Shown piece after piece: positions 1 to 10,352 of a DNA stretch of 46,455 bases. Every line of letters begins with the position of its first letter. Positions within the stretch are counted from its first letter, which is position 1. This DNA comes from Amoebidium appalachense (Eukaryota > Protista > Ichthyosporea): NCBI GenBank assembly GCA_963693365.1, contig CAVNZM010000035.1, positions 1-46,455 of the forward strand, read 5' to 3'. Below the pieces are notes generated by a model. That model was not told the DNA's origin. It saw nothing but the letters and a program-made list of their open reading frames with translations, and made no database searches. The position numbers were made by a program, and so were the translations under genes.

Positions 1-453
1 ATGGAGATCCGCCTCCTGCAGCTGCAACGTGAGATGCGCACCGAGGAGGACTATCTGCCACCAGAATACATCAAGGCCTCCAAACGACTTCGCAACGTCA
101 CCCAGCGCACCTGTACCCAGCAGGTCCCGGGAGTCTATGTGTTTGTTTCCAAGTATGGGGCAGTCCCTTGCTTAAAAATTGGTCTAAGCATGAAGAACGT
201 GAGTGGACGTATGCGTGAGGCCGCGACTTGGCATACTGATGCGCAAAAACGTCTTCTGTTTGCTCTACCTGTCCCCACTCAGAATCTGAGGGATGCAGAA
301 AAGTTTGTGCACCAGCAGCTGTACCAGGAAAACATCGAACGGGAGATGTTTGGGGTGGACTTTGCGTGCCTGGCCCCGGTTCTTGCCGACATGGCCGAAG
401 CCTTTATGGATCCTGGCGATACCAAGGACTTGGCACTGGCTGTATTTGGTTAA
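1..453 (+). CDS. T5orf172/GIY-YIG-like domain protein, probably the C-terminal part of a Bro/KilA-type fusion (5' end may lie outside the window)
   Basis: GVYVF...LKIGLS...RM motif and terminal EREMF typical of T5orf172; coiled-coil-like start; AATAAA at 463-468. Confidence 0.75.
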   Translation: MEIRLLQLQREMRTEEDYLPPEYIKASKRLRNVTQRTCTQQVPGVYVFVSKYGAVPCLKIGLSMKNVSGRMREAATWHTDAQKRLLFALPVPTQNLRDAEKFVHQQLYQENIEREMFGVDFACLAPVLADMAEAFMDPGDTKDLALAVFG

Positions 454-534
454 GGTGAAGGTAATAAAGACACGAATCATTCACCGACTTGCAGAGCTTT
501 CGTGGGACCTGCCCTGCAGGTCTGCCCTGTAGAA

Positions 535-1029
535 ATCCAATGGTACTCTCTGATTTCCAAGGAGAAGACGGTGATCTGCCCTGCCAGTGCATTAGCGGCC
601 TGGAGGTTCCCCAAGGCGGGTCTGGGGATCCAATGGTGTTCTCTGATTTCCAAAGAGAAGATGATAGAGAACCCCCAAGGCGGGTCTGGGGATCCAATGG
701 TGTTCTCTGATTTCCAAAGAGAAGATGATAGAGAACCCCCAAGGCGGGTCTGGGGATCCAATGGTGTTCTCTGATTTCCAAAGAGAAGATGATAGACGAC
801 CCCCAAGGCGGGTCTGGGGATCCAATGGTGTTCTCTGATTTCCATGCAAGGTCTATGATAGCCCAGGTGCCTCGCAGAACACCTCTATCTTTCCCTGAAA
901 CTTGATGCGAGATGTGTCCACCAAGCTAGACTGATGATCTTCAGTGTAGCTAGACTGATGATCTTCAGTGCAGCTAGTTCTCTGGTTTCCAAGGAGAAGA
1001 TGGTGGAGGTCCCCCAAGGCGGGTCTGGG
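535..1029. repeat. 64-bp tandem repeat array with CCAAT box and internal inverted repeats
   Basis: ATCCAATGG...TTCTCTGATTTCCAAAGAGAAGATG...CCCCAAGGCGGGTCTGGGG units start at 535, 628, 692, 756, 820; partial unit 977-1029. Confidence 0.95.
924..977. repeat. 24-bp tandem repeat (about 2.3 copies) nested in the array
   Basis: AGCTAGACTGATGATCTTCAGTG at 924 and 948, partial at 972; internal ACTGA..TCAGT inverted repeat. Confidence 0.9.
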
Positions 1030-1120
1030 CACGACCGAAAGAAAAACCATTGACCCCTGTCCTGTGCATCCTAGGGCATTCCAAATAAAAAACGTCCATG
1101 TGAGTCACACGGCATCCCCT

Positions 1121-2479
1121 TTATTTGACCGCGACCAGCGCCGAGAAGCACCCGGTCACCCTTGTCCCGGTCTCGTCCACCACCACCAGCCGCAGCGTGT
1201 CGACGTGATCCAGCGTCCCCAAGATCTGCGGGCTCGCCAGCATGTCGTCCACCGCCCCGCCCGCCGCCCCCTGCACGCCGGGCGCCATGATGCGCCCCTG
1301 CAGGCTCGTCTCGCCCTGCATGACGTGCACCATGAGCGCCCCCCGCGGGCCCAGGGGGGCATCCGTCCCAAACACGCACTGGATGTTGTCGCCCTGGCAC
1401 GGCAGCTGCTGGTCGCCCTCCTCCACGGCCGCATGGTCTCGCCCGTCGAAGTAGCGGGCCAGCGGAGGCAGCCCCGCCGTCAGGCTGTGGCTGACGTGCG
1501 CGCCGGCCGCCATTCCCAGCACGCTCCCGAGCCCCCGGCACACGTCAAGCGAGAACGTCGGCACCGACGCATACGGCAGCCAGTGCTTGATGGTGTCCGG
1601 ATCCATGTTCTTGCGGTGGTGGATGCTGATGACCAGTCGCCCGGGCAGCGCGAGCTTCGAGGGCGTCATGAGGTTGTACAGCGTGTTGTGGAACGGCCAC
1701 TGGATGCGCCCGTGGGCGTCACGCTCGTTGGCCAGCTCACGCCACGCCCATGCGTTCTCCCTGTAGTACAGCTGCGCGAGCATCAGCGCCTCGAAGGCGA
1801 TCTCGTCGCGCGGGCCCTGCCGGCGGGGCGCCCACCGCGTCTTGCACACAAAGTCCTGGTGCCTGGTCCACGCCTCGCCGTTGCGCTCGGCGTCCCGGCG
1901 CAACCGCTCCGTGTGTGTGACGGTGGCGTAGTAGGGCAGCGTGTCCGGGTACATCTCGAGAATGTCCGCCACCTCCTCGGGGCTGTAGCTGGGGTTGAAG
2001 CATGCGGCGATGGCGGCGTCCAGACGCATCTCGAGCTCGGCGCACAGGGTGTCCAGGGTGTAGTTGCCCACAGGCAGGTACACGTCGGTGGACGCCTTCA
2101 CCCACATGCCCGGGGGCCGGCCGTCGGGCGAGTCCAGGTACGACAGCGACAGCGTCAGCCTGTTGGCGCCCTCGCACACGTCGTACACGCTGTGCGCCTT
2201 GAAACCCTCGACACGGATGCCGTGCACGGACTGGGTGGCGGGAAACTCCACCTGCAGCGGCCGGCACTCGGACCCGCCCGTCACGAAGTGGTAGCGCCAC
2301 TGGCCCTGCGGCGGCTGCGGGGGCTCGACACGCGGGGGCGCCTCGCTCGGCACCGACACGCTGCGGGGGGCCGAGGGCAGGGCCGGCCCGTGCGGGAACG
2401 CTGCCCGGCGGGCCACGGCCGCCGAGAAATCGATGTGGGACGCCATGTCGTCAAGGATGCGGGAGCGCGCATGCGACAT
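1121..2479 (-). CDS. Penton/minor capsid-like protein (single jelly roll with insertion)
   Basis: SVHGIRVEG...YDVCEGANRL...LPVGNYTLDTLCAEL and C-terminal LRLVVVDE..G pattern resembling NCLDV penton-like proteins; ATG at 2479 in TAATG context. Confidence 0.6.
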   Translation of the reverse strand: MSHARSRILDDMASHIDFSAAVARRAAFPHGPALPSAPRSVSVPSEAPPRVEPPQPPQGQWRYHFVTGGSECRPLQVEFPATQSVHGIRVEGFKAHSVYDVCEGANRLTLSLSYLDSPDGRPPGMWVKASTDVYLPVGNYTLDTLCAELEMRLDAAIAACFNPSYSPEEVADILEMYPDTLPYYATVTHTERLRRDAERNGEAWTRHQDFVCKTRWAPRRQGPRDEIAFEALMLAQLYYRENAWAWRELANERDAHGRIQWPFHNTLYNLMTPSKLALPGRLVISIHHRKNMDPDTIKHWLPYASVPTFSLDVCRGLGSVLGMAAGAHVSHSLTAGLPPLARYFDGRDHAAVEEGDQQLPCQGDNIQCVFGTDAPLGPRGALMVHVMQGETSLQGRIMAPGVQGAAGGAVDDMLASPQILGTLDHVDTLRLVVVDETGTRVTGCFSALVAVK

Positions 2480-2658
2480 TACATTGGGGCACAATAAAAA
2501 AGAAGCCAGCTCTAGACACAAGATCAAACAGCACATCAAATTGGCCATATACACGACAAAGAAAAACAAGGTTGCCAAATATCTTTGTAGCAGCGTGCAC
2601 CCAAACCAGGGGGCAATGGAAATGCCAGCCTTTCTTACATTTGTTCGTCTGATTCATG

Positions 2659-3162
2659 CTAGAACTCAACCAGCTTGCCATGTTGCTTCTCGCTCTCCGG
2701 CACTTGTGCGGCCATCACATACGTGACCTGCGATTCCGATGCAGCCACACCGGACTTGTTTGACCACGCATCCAACGGCCATTTCTTGACGGCTTTTCTC
2801 ATGTAGCAATAGCCTTTTGGCCGCTTCCCGTCCATATCCTGCCATGGCGAATAGCCCACCTGTTCGCATCCGCTCATAGATTGGCATCGGTTAATGCACT
2901 GACTGGCCGACGTGTACCCATAGTTCACCGGGTCTTGCCAGTCGTTAAACGTGTTGTCCGTGCTGTGGTCCCCCACTTGGTCGAAAGCATACCACTGTGT
3001 CCGTGCGACTGCAGGGGTACTGTCGTTTTTGCCGGGGCCAGGCTTAGGGGTACTGTCGTTTTTGCCAGGGGCAGGTTTGGGTTCGTACTTGATGTATGCC
3101 CATGTCAACACACCGATAGTAAGCATTAGAATGATTAAGGCAATCGCATTTGAGAAGTCCAT
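2659..3162 (-). CDS. Membrane-anchored PAN/Apple-like domain protein
   Basis: N-terminal TM, duplicated PKPxPGKNDST linker, CxxxC...GC...CY cysteine pattern. Confidence 0.65.
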   Translation of the reverse strand: MDFSNAIALIILMLTIGVLTWAYIKYEPKPAPGKNDSTPKPGPGKNDSTPAVARTQWYAFDQVGDHSTDNTFNDWQDPVNYGYTSASQCINRCQSMSGCEQVGYSPWQDMDGKRPKGYCYMRKAVKKWPLDAWSNKSGVAASESQVTYVMAAQVPESEKQHGKLVEF

Positions 3163-3242
3163 TCTTCTTGCGCAAATTAAAAGCTGGCGTGGCTGAACAA
3201 AACAAAGAATGGACAGGCCAACTCTGGTTTTCCGAGAAATGA

Positions 3243-3638
3243 TTAACGTCTGATGAGCGTGCAACGGCACTCCCAGTTGGATGCGTTCACCCCGGCGGGT
3301 GGTGCGGGCGGGTCCACGGGCATCGTGGGCATGGGTTCGTCGGTTGGGTCGCCTTCAGTGATGGAGGTGGGGATCTCGAATACGTCGGTGTCCGTTTCGG
3401 TGGGAGTTTCCGAGGCCGAGGTGGTTTCGATGGTTTGAATCGAAGCGGCGGCTGTGGTGGTGGCTGTAACGGTCTCCACGTGCGTCAGGGTCGCCCACCA
3501 CGTCTTTGTTTCGGCAGTGGAGCTGGGCGGCACGTGCGCGGTGGTTGCCGCAAGGGTTGCCGAGCTTGCAAACACCAGGCACTCGGGGGCCGCAAGGACC
3601 AGTGCAAGCAGGGGGGGACACAGGAGCAGCGCACGCAT
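3243..3638 (-). CDS. Secreted or surface Thr/Pro-rich protein
   Basis: Signal peptide MRALLLCPPLLALVLA, mucin-like T/E/P tract. Confidence 0.6.
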   Translation of the reverse strand: MRALLLCPPLLALVLAAPECLVFASSATLAATTAHVPPSSTAETKTWWATLTHVETVTATTTAAASIQTIETTSASETPTETDTDVFEIPTSITEGDPTDEPMPTMPVDPPAPPAGVNASNWECRCTLIRR

Positions 3639-3658
3639 TGATAGATGGCTACAAAATA

Positions 3659-4246
3659 TCAGAGCTCGAGCAGCGCCAGAAAAAGCGTCAGGCCCGGGAA
3701 CGGGAACAGGTCCACGCACACGCGCACGCGCCACACGTGCAGCAGGCACAGCGCAAGGTTGACGCCGCGGAACCCATACTGCATGGTGGGGCTCGTGTCT
3801 GCGACCGAGGACACAAACCACGAGGGCATGGGCAGGGGCCCCACGCCGAGCACGCCGATGGAGAAGGCCACGCCGAGCTCCACGCGGCCCTGGGGCGGTG
3901 CGCTAGGTGGGGGGAGAGCCGGCAGGTCTTTGTCGTGCAGACGCACCCGCACGCCCGCCAGACCCGTGTCGGGAACGTGGTTGGGCTGCGGGAGCGGGCA
4001 GTCGCTGAACCCAAAAGAGCTCGCCTGAGCCGGGTCATCGGTGAACGTGACGACGTTGGCCTCGGGCAGCGCCCTCCAGTACATGCGTGTCTCACCGAGC
4101 ATGGCGGTGACCTTGTCGCCGTCACGCCGCCACCGCAGGCCCATGCCCGTGTGCCTCGTGTTGGCCAGGTCCTCGGGCCACTCCACCGGGCAGCTGAGCA
4201 GCGCGAGGTTGCGGCTGACGAAGCGGTCGCCGTGCGTGATGTGCAT
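3659..4246 (-). CDS. Hypothetical protein
   Basis: 195-aa ORF with virus-like codon usage filling the gap between genes. Confidence 0.55.
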   Translation of the reverse strand: MHITHGDRFVSRNLALLSCPVEWPEDLANTRHTGMGLRWRRDGDKVTAMLGETRMYWRALPEANVVTFTDDPAQASSFGFSDCPLPQPNHVPDTGLAGVRVRLHDKDLPALPPPSAPPQGRVELGVAFSIGVLGVGPLPMPSWFVSSVADTSPTMQYGFRGVNLALCLLHVWRVRVCVDLFPFPGLTLFLALLEL

Positions 4247-4294
4247 GCACTACAGGAAGATTAAGCCGGCACAAAATGCGCCCGTGACGTAACA

Positions 4295-4660
4295 ATGCAG
4301 CTGGTACTCCTGCTCATGGCCCTCTGCGTGACCACCCTGCTTGCGCTTGCGCTGCGAGATGCGGTGCGCACGGTGTTCGGTCGTGACCCGCCCTGCGACG
4401 CACCCGCCTGTGCCGCCCTGCTTTATGACAAGCGCCTGGCCGCGGGCTGGGAGGCCGACACAGCCCGTTTTGGCGAATGTGGCCGGTGCCCGCGCATGGA
4501 AGTTTCCAATGTCAACGGCCTGCGCTACTGGAACGAGGAGAAGGGTCAATGGTTCTCGGCACAGATGTCCTATGCCGACTTTGCCACACGCCTGGGCGAC
4601 GACCGCACCGCCTGGCTCGCGCGGCTGGCCGCTGCGCTGAGAAGGGAGGTCCTCCGCTGA
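4295..4660 (+). CDS. Small membrane protein with Cys motif
   Basis: N-terminal hydrophobic segment, CxxPxC and CxxC. Confidence 0.6.
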   Translation: MQLVLLLMALCVTTLLALALRDAVRTVFGRDPPCDAPACAALLYDKRLAAGWEADTARFGECGRCPRMEVSNVNGLRYWNEEKGQWFSAQMSYADFATRLGDDRTAWLARLAAALRREVLR

Positions 4661-4702
4661 GGCAGGGATCAATCCACCTCAATTCTTGACCTTTTGATGC
4701 CC

Positions 4703-6634
4703 TCAGGGGAGGAGGCGCGCCGCTTGTTCTCGGACCTCGTTCACAAGTTGCTCGCCGTCCTTGCGTGTTGGCAGTCCTGCATCCTTGAGCTCGGCATCGG
4801 TCAATACGAGAACTTTCTTGGAAAGCACCATGTCCACGACCTCTCGGTAACGCTCCTGTTGATTGACGCCGTCTTGCGCCCACCAATCCGCAGTTTGATA
4901 CATCTTAGCCCCGTAGAGTTCGACCAGGCGCTTTCCGTACATCGCGATCGTCCCCCCGACCTTATAAACCGCTTGGAATCCCCCATCCCTTGCGATTTTC
5001 GTCTTGATGAAGTTGCAGATCCGCTCGCCTATGGTGTGCCCATCCGCACCCGGTATGGACGACCAGTCGGCTTGTGAAGTCCGCAACAGTATGTAAATAC
5101 TCAACCAAGACGCACAGGCCCCATCGACCACCTCGTCTCTGTCAAACAATTCGTCGTACAATGTCCTTTCCAGAAGATTTTGCAAATCAGTGCAAACACT
5201 TTCGGGTTTGAGGGATGAAGTATGTCTTTCAGCTTGCCTGTGGGATCAGCGCTTCTCATGAATGAGACAAGGGCTTTTGTCAACGTGCTACTCGGGGCAT
5301 GGAATGAAGAACTCCAGAACTATACTCGACTTGTCACCTGAAACGAGTATGATGACAGAAGCATGGTGCACTTCACCTGTGTATATAATAAAGTAGGGCA
5401 CCCGTTGGGGGTCAGTCAGCCATTGGAACAACATTGTCGCGAGTTCGTTCCTAAAAAGAACTTCCATTTAGGCATCGATAGTGGTCATGAAGCCATCGTT
5501 CTGAGATTCCTAAACGATTGCTGGACAGTCATTGACTCGTTGTTGGGTTGTGTACGGAGCAATTCTCCGGGGGCGAAAATGTGGACTCGGAAGATATGTC
5601 TGTAGCATTACTATAGTATTGGTTCTCCCCTCTACTGCAGGCGAAGTCCACACAGACCCTACCCCTATCAAATCTTTTATGGACCCCGAAATTTGTTGGG
5701 CCCCGCGGTACAGTTTGTCAAACAAGAGGTCTGCTACCGAATCCTCCTGCAAATATGGGGGTGTTGGGTTCCCAGGGATGGTACTCTTTTTGTACTCCTC
5801 GATCTGGTATGGGGCGTGCTTCACCATGATCTCCTTGAAAGCATTGCCCCTCTTGTCCAACATGAAGTTTCGAACCGAATCGTAAGTTGTGTCGAAGGTG
5901 CGTATCCCAGGACTATCTTGGTTCTCGAACTCGATATTCACGGAGTAGCCATCCTGTTGCGCATCGAACCGGAGACGTTTAACACAGGCAAGATACACCG
6001 GGATCGTGTCGGGTTCTGTGCTTTCCAGGGAGAGGGAGAGGCAACCGTTTTCCGGTGTCCATGCGTACGTCTGAGTGCTGGGGGAGACCGGCGTTTCTTC
6101 CACAAAATGTTCTGCATTTTTCTTTACGAACCTGAAAAAGCAGCGCGGCTTCACGGGAAATCTTTCCACTACATCCCTCCCTCGCCCGTGTGCCATCTAT
6201 AGATTCAACACCCCAAAACTTTGGTGGCTTCGATTGTGTTCGCTTGTTTACTGCCCGGGTGGCCTGTAATGCCTGAGCTGTCTCCTTTGCCTTTTGGTGG
6301 TCCTCAGGGCATGCGTTGTTCCAGACCGCGTCCACCGGGTATTGCCAGCCGGTCCTAATGGCAAGTCTTCAACCACCGGTCTAACCGGCGACTCCACACC
6401 TGTAAACTGAAAAACCCCTGCATCGTGCAATCCCTGGACCCCTGCGGCGATGATGAGCATCCTCGCAAATATGGGGTCGCCGTCTGCCGCCGCCAATGGA
6501 TCCCCCCGGGGTTCTGCCCCAGAAAGGAGCATGATGGCTGCTGTTTCGCTGGGGTAGGCATCAAACCGTCCCGTCCAATCATTAGTGTGGTTGTGGAAGC
6601 GATCCGGGAGCAAGCCGTTGATCGCCCTGTACAT
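4703..6634 (-). pseudogene. Frameshifted large gene with a C-terminal cysteine-protease-like (His...Gln...Cys) domain; errors or decay
   Basis: Successive overlapping minus-strand ORFs (6248-6634, 5979-6335, 5510-6196, 5101-5283, 4703-5185); joined frames give HHASVIIL...LEFF, LQNLLE, DGACASWLSIYILLR. Confidence 0.5.
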
Positions 6635-6707
6635 TCTCTCTACGTATGCCTCTAACTCCGCGGTCGACGGGGCCGGTCTGAAATTTGCGCGCAGGGCTTC
6701 TAGGCGT

Positions 6708-8390
6708 CTAAGTTTCGTGTACCTGATCCACTTCTGCAGCGCGTTGTAAACCCCCTTCTGGGATCCTCATGTCCTCTTCATCCATGGGAGAAATCGTCCG
6801 GGTGAGCCAGTCTGACAGGTCCAATGGAGACGGCAACCTGTGGAACAGCATCCGTGGCGGCGGTGGGTGGTACACCCCGTTCGGCTGTCTCGCCAGCCAG
6901 TCAAGAACCTGCCTCACGGCTTCGATCCTGGTCTCGGGTTGTGCAATCTGTACCGCAGCCCTCAGGTCGCGGAGCTCGTCGGAAAGGGTGTCGGGTGCAT
7001 TGTTGTCTGGTGGCTGCACCTCCGGGTCGTCATCAGGGACCACAAACGCGCGGTCCTCCTCGTCCTCTTCGTCTTTAGCGTCTGCCTCTTCTGCGTCCAA
7101 ATCTGCCTTCAGCATTTTGCCCAAATCTTCTTTCATTTGACGTCGTCTGGCGATCTCGAGCGCACCGCGCGCGAACAACTCAAACTTGTCAACAAGCTCC
7201 CACTTGTGCTCATAACAAAGCCGATTCGCCTGGTGCGGAGAGTCAGCGGTCAACGTAGCGAATAGTTTGACAAGGCCTTGTGCGGTCCATTCGAAAATGT
7301 TCGCATCATCTTCATCGCCCTCCGCGTGCGAAAGATCCATGGCAGACCCGGACACCGGTGCAGTGCTACCAGATGGAGCCTGGGGCATCGAATCCGAATC
7401 CGGGGCTTCGGGTTCTACAGCCATTTCGACATCGCCATTGTGGGGACGTTGTTGCATGTTTGGAATGACGCCACCGTGGCTTGCTATCATCTCGTTGAGA
7501 GCCAACTGGAAGATTCCGACATATTTGCCGCCAATACTGGTGGCGCGTTTCATAAGTTTCTTCCGGACTTCCTCCACCACAGCTTCGTCTAGCATTTCAG
7601 TTTCGACGGCCCTTTCCCATGCTTCGTTATCACCCATTGGTATATTACGTATCCGTGCCGCGGCGTACGAGGGAAACAACTCATCTGCGTACCTGAATAT
7701 GTACTCTCTCTTGGTGAGCCCCTCGGACATGTACAGAGCTGTTTCCAGGCGCTTGAGACGATTGGCCCTGCGAGCAGCCCTGCACCACAGCGCGTCTGTG
7801 ATCTGGGCGCGGATTTCCGGATCATCCATAATATTTTGAATGGCATTCTCGTCCCCATTGCGCTTGGCCGCCTTTACCTCTTCGCGCACGGCGGGGCTCA
7901 CCAGATCTTCCAGATTTTCGCGTATGTAGGGGTCGCGGTTCTCAGGCTCCCCGCCCCACAAGGTTGACACCTTTCGCACCATCCCAGACTCGGAGAGTGC
8001 CTGGCGGGCCACGCGCATGAACACCAGCGTTTCAATTATTAGGTCTTCCATCCCCCGTCCTTCGGGCATTTCCAGGCCCTGCTGTTGCAGGCGCTCAATC
8101 GCCCGCTGCACCGTGCCGTTGTCCACGGCCTCCTGAACAGCGCGCTTGTTCGGCCACCAGTTTCTACCTGTCCGGAGCGCACTTATGTCTGCCGGGTCGG
8201 CGCAGAACCAGTCGTCGACCGTCGTGCCAGGCTCAACAACCCCTGCAGCTTCCAGGACTTCAAAATACGCATCTGAGAAGGGGTCCGTGTCCTCGTCCTC
8301 CATGCTGTCCGTGCCCTCGTCCTCCATGCTGTCCGTGTCCTCGTCCTCCATGTTTTCCACCAAGTCCAGATCCTCCAGAATATTCGCCAT
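6708..8390 (-). CDS. Large acidic hypothetical protein
   Basis: About 560-aa ORF from ATG 8390, D/E-rich tracts. Confidence 0.7.
   Translation of the reverse strand: MANILEDLDLVENMEDEDTDSMEDEGTDSMEDEDTDPFSDAYFEVLEAAGVVEPGTTVDDWFCADPADISALRTGRNWWPNKRAVQEAVDNGTVQRAIERLQQQGLEMPEGRGMEDLIIETLVFMRVARQALSESGMVRKVSTLWGGEPENRDPYIRENLEDLVSPAVREEVKAAKRNGDENAIQNIMDDPEIRAQITDALWCRAARRANRLKRLETALYMSEGLTKREYIFRYADELFPSYAAARIRNIPMGDNEAWERAVETEMLDEAVVEEVRKKLMKRATSIGGKYVGIFQLALNEMIASHGGVIPNMQQRPHNGDVEMAVEPEAPDSDSMPQAPSGSTAPVSGSAMDLSHAEGDEDDANIFEWTAQGLVKLFATLTADSPHQANRLCYEHKWELVDKFELFARGALEIARRRQMKEDLGKMLKADLDAEEADAKDEEDEEDRAFVVPDDDPEVQPPDNNAPDTLSDELRDLRAAVQIAQPETRIEAVRQVLDWLARQPNGVYHPPPPRMLFHRLPSPLDLSDWLTRTISPMDEEDMRIPEGGLQRAAEVDQVHET
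8283..8352. repeat. 21-bp coding tandem repeat (MEDEDTDS-like, about 3 copies)
   Basis: GTCCGTGTCCTCGTCCTCCAT-like units. Confidence 0.85.
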
Positions 8391-8533
8391 ACCCGGGACC
8401 CCAAAAAGATTGCTACATGTGCACGTCCGGCGCACTTTCCGTGTTGATGCAGTTTACTCTACGACAAGCGGCTGGCAGCCTGGGAGGCCGACACCAACCG
8501 TGCCGAGCGTCGGGGCTCCCGTTCTCCTGGTCT

Positions 8534-8546
8534 GAAGGTATAAAAG
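8534..8546 (+). promoter_or_regulatory. Early-type TATA box
   Basis: GAAGGTATAAAAG, TATA 44 nt upstream of ATG 8583. Confidence 0.8.
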
Positions 8547-8582
8547 AGCAGCGCCCGGCAGAGGAGGCCAGTCGGACACAGC

Positions 8583-9489
8583 ATGGCTGGCGAGCAGAAC
8601 AAAAAAGGCGACATGTCGATGCTCTGGAAGGAGTTCCCCCAGTTCAAAGGTGCCCAGTTCAGAATCCATGGTGAGGGAAAGAATGCAGAGGGTAGCGTCC
8701 TGGATGCCGCCGAGATCGTTCTGGGGTCGTCAAACGCTGCCCGGTCTGCATGGTTCGACATGCAGGCGAGCAAGGATCCAGCTGTCAAGGACATTGTTGC
8801 TCGCAGCAACAAAGGTCCATATCAACGGGAAGGGCAAGCTGACACCCGTAGCCCCCTTCAAGACCCTCCTCGAGATCATCTTCCTGCTTCCCGGCAAGCG
8901 CGCCCACGAGTTCCGCAGGACGTGTGCCACCTACATAGCCCGGCTGCTTTCCGGCGACGTCTCCCTCATCCCCGAGATTGAGGCGCGCTACGACGCCAGC
9001 ACCCCCGAGGAGCGTGAGTTCTTCCGCAACGGCACCGACGAGACCCCCGACCGCAAGCGGCGCCGCGAGGAGCTGGAGGAGGAGCGTCGGCTGCGTCTGC
9101 GCCGGGAGGAGGCGGAGGTCAGGCGCCTGGAGACGGGCGTGGTGGAAAATATCACCATGTACCGTGGCCTGCTGGAAGACTTTGGCCTCGATAGGGACCC
9201 ACGCATGCGCATGCTGCTCAACGACACCCTTGCCAACATCCTTGTCCCTACCCGAACTAGCACGGCCATCGAGGAGTCTGCGATCGGCGGGTACGTGACC
9301 GTGGCCAAGTTCCTCGTCGACCGAGGCATCACCGACAGGTCCAGCAGCACGGTCGGCCGGATGCTCGCACGCACGTGGCGCGAGCAGGAGGGCTGCGAGC
9401 CCGAGGAGACGTTGAAGATGGTGCAGGGGGACCTGCGCCCGGTCAAGGTGTACCCCGTGCGCTTCCTGGAGAAGCACGTGCTGGGGTAG
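8583..9489 (+). CDS. Bro-N/KilA-like viral DNA-binding protein with a +1 frameshift near 8812
   Basis: Frame 1 gives SVLDAAEIVLG..NAARSAW; frame 2 continues INGKGKLTPVA..TLLEIIFLLPGKRAHEFRR...LSGDVSLI, then coiled coil and C-terminal VGR...VKVY. Confidence 0.75.
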
Positions 9490-9534
9490 CCTGTCATCCC
9501 CAACAATTGGCAGGGCTGCTGTGGGGATGGCGGG
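9490..9534 (+). terminator. Hairpin immediately after the stop codon
   Basis: CCTGTCATCCCCA / TGGGGATGGCGGG stem with G-U pairs; AATAAA near 9658-9667. Confidence 0.4.
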
Positions 9535-9724
9535 TTCGGGTGTGTTTTGTATCATCTGGCTGGCCAGGTGTGTAAAATTCGGGGCCCGGGATGCAAGTTT
9601 GGTCCAACGGGATTGCATTGCATTTTTTTTATTTGGAGCGCACCTGGCCACTCTCAAAATAAATAAAGATATTTGCGAATGAGTTGAAACAGACTGGCTG
9701 GGTCTCGTGATCTAATGTGGGGCG

Positions 9725-9834
9725 CTCTGATTGGCTGAAACATCGGAGCACTGGCTTTGAATTTCTGCGCGCTCTGATTGGTCAGAGTGTGAATCCCGGG
9801 CTCGATTGATCTTGGCCGTTTTCGACCAATCAGA
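9725..9834. promoter_or_regulatory. CCAAT-box cluster
   Basis: CTCTGATTGG twice and GACCAATCAGA; 11-bp inverted repeat 9773-9783 / 9824-9834. Confidence 0.55.
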
Positions 9835-9864
9835 TCGAATAGCGGGTTATTAAGATTCAAGCAT

Positions 9865-9932
9865 TATTGAAAGGGATGCTCCGTGATTCGATCAATATTG
9901 AAAGGGATGCTCCGTGAATCGATCGATATTGA
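9865..9932. repeat. 31-bp tandem duplication
   Basis: TATTGAAAGGGATGCTCCGTGA(T/A)TCGATC at 9865 and 9896. Confidence 0.9.
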
Positions 9933-9947
9933 CTGAGGTTTTGTTTT

Positions 9948-10149
9948 GGTTCACTGGATATTGGCCGGGGATCGCGCGACTTCGTTTTGGGGTTCACTGG
10001 ATATTGGCGGGGATCGCGCGACTTCGTTTTGGGGTTCGCTGGATATTGGCAGAGGATAGCGCGACATCGTTTTGGGGTTCACTGGATATTGGCCGGGGAT
10101 CGCGCGACTTCGTTTTGGGGTTCGCTGGATATTGGCCGGGGATCGCGCC
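9948..10149. repeat. 43-bp tandem repeat array, 5 units
   Basis: GGATATTGG at 9956, 9999, 10041, 10084, 10127; unit GGTTCACTGGATATTGGCCGGGGATCGCGCGACTTCGTTTTGG. Confidence 0.95.
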
Positions 10150-10352
10150 AATTTAGTTTAATATTCACCAACTTCGCGCTAGCTTCACCTGATATTGGCC
10201 AAACCTGCGCTGCTTTGACCGTTTTTTGACCCCTTCGCGCTGAAGCCACCCTGGTTCACCCGATATTCACCCAGACCGGCCGGGCGCGCTCGCCCCCAAG
10301 TTTCTGGTGAGTTTGGCACCGACCCCACCCCAGATTATCTCCCCTCCACTTG

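Noticed and set aside
535-1029. CRISPR array
   Set aside because: Units are near-identical tandem repeats without unique spacers, and no cas genes are present. The same applies to 9948-10149.
404-1050. Multiple ORFs over the 64-bp array
   Set aside because: They are products of repeat periodicity in several frames and show no coding signal.
968-2497. 509-aa plus-strand ORF and similar long antisense ORFs (16205-17698, 32175-33611, 26636-27982, 44823-45806)
   Set aside because: Shadow ORFs of GC3-rich genes on the opposite strand or in another frame.
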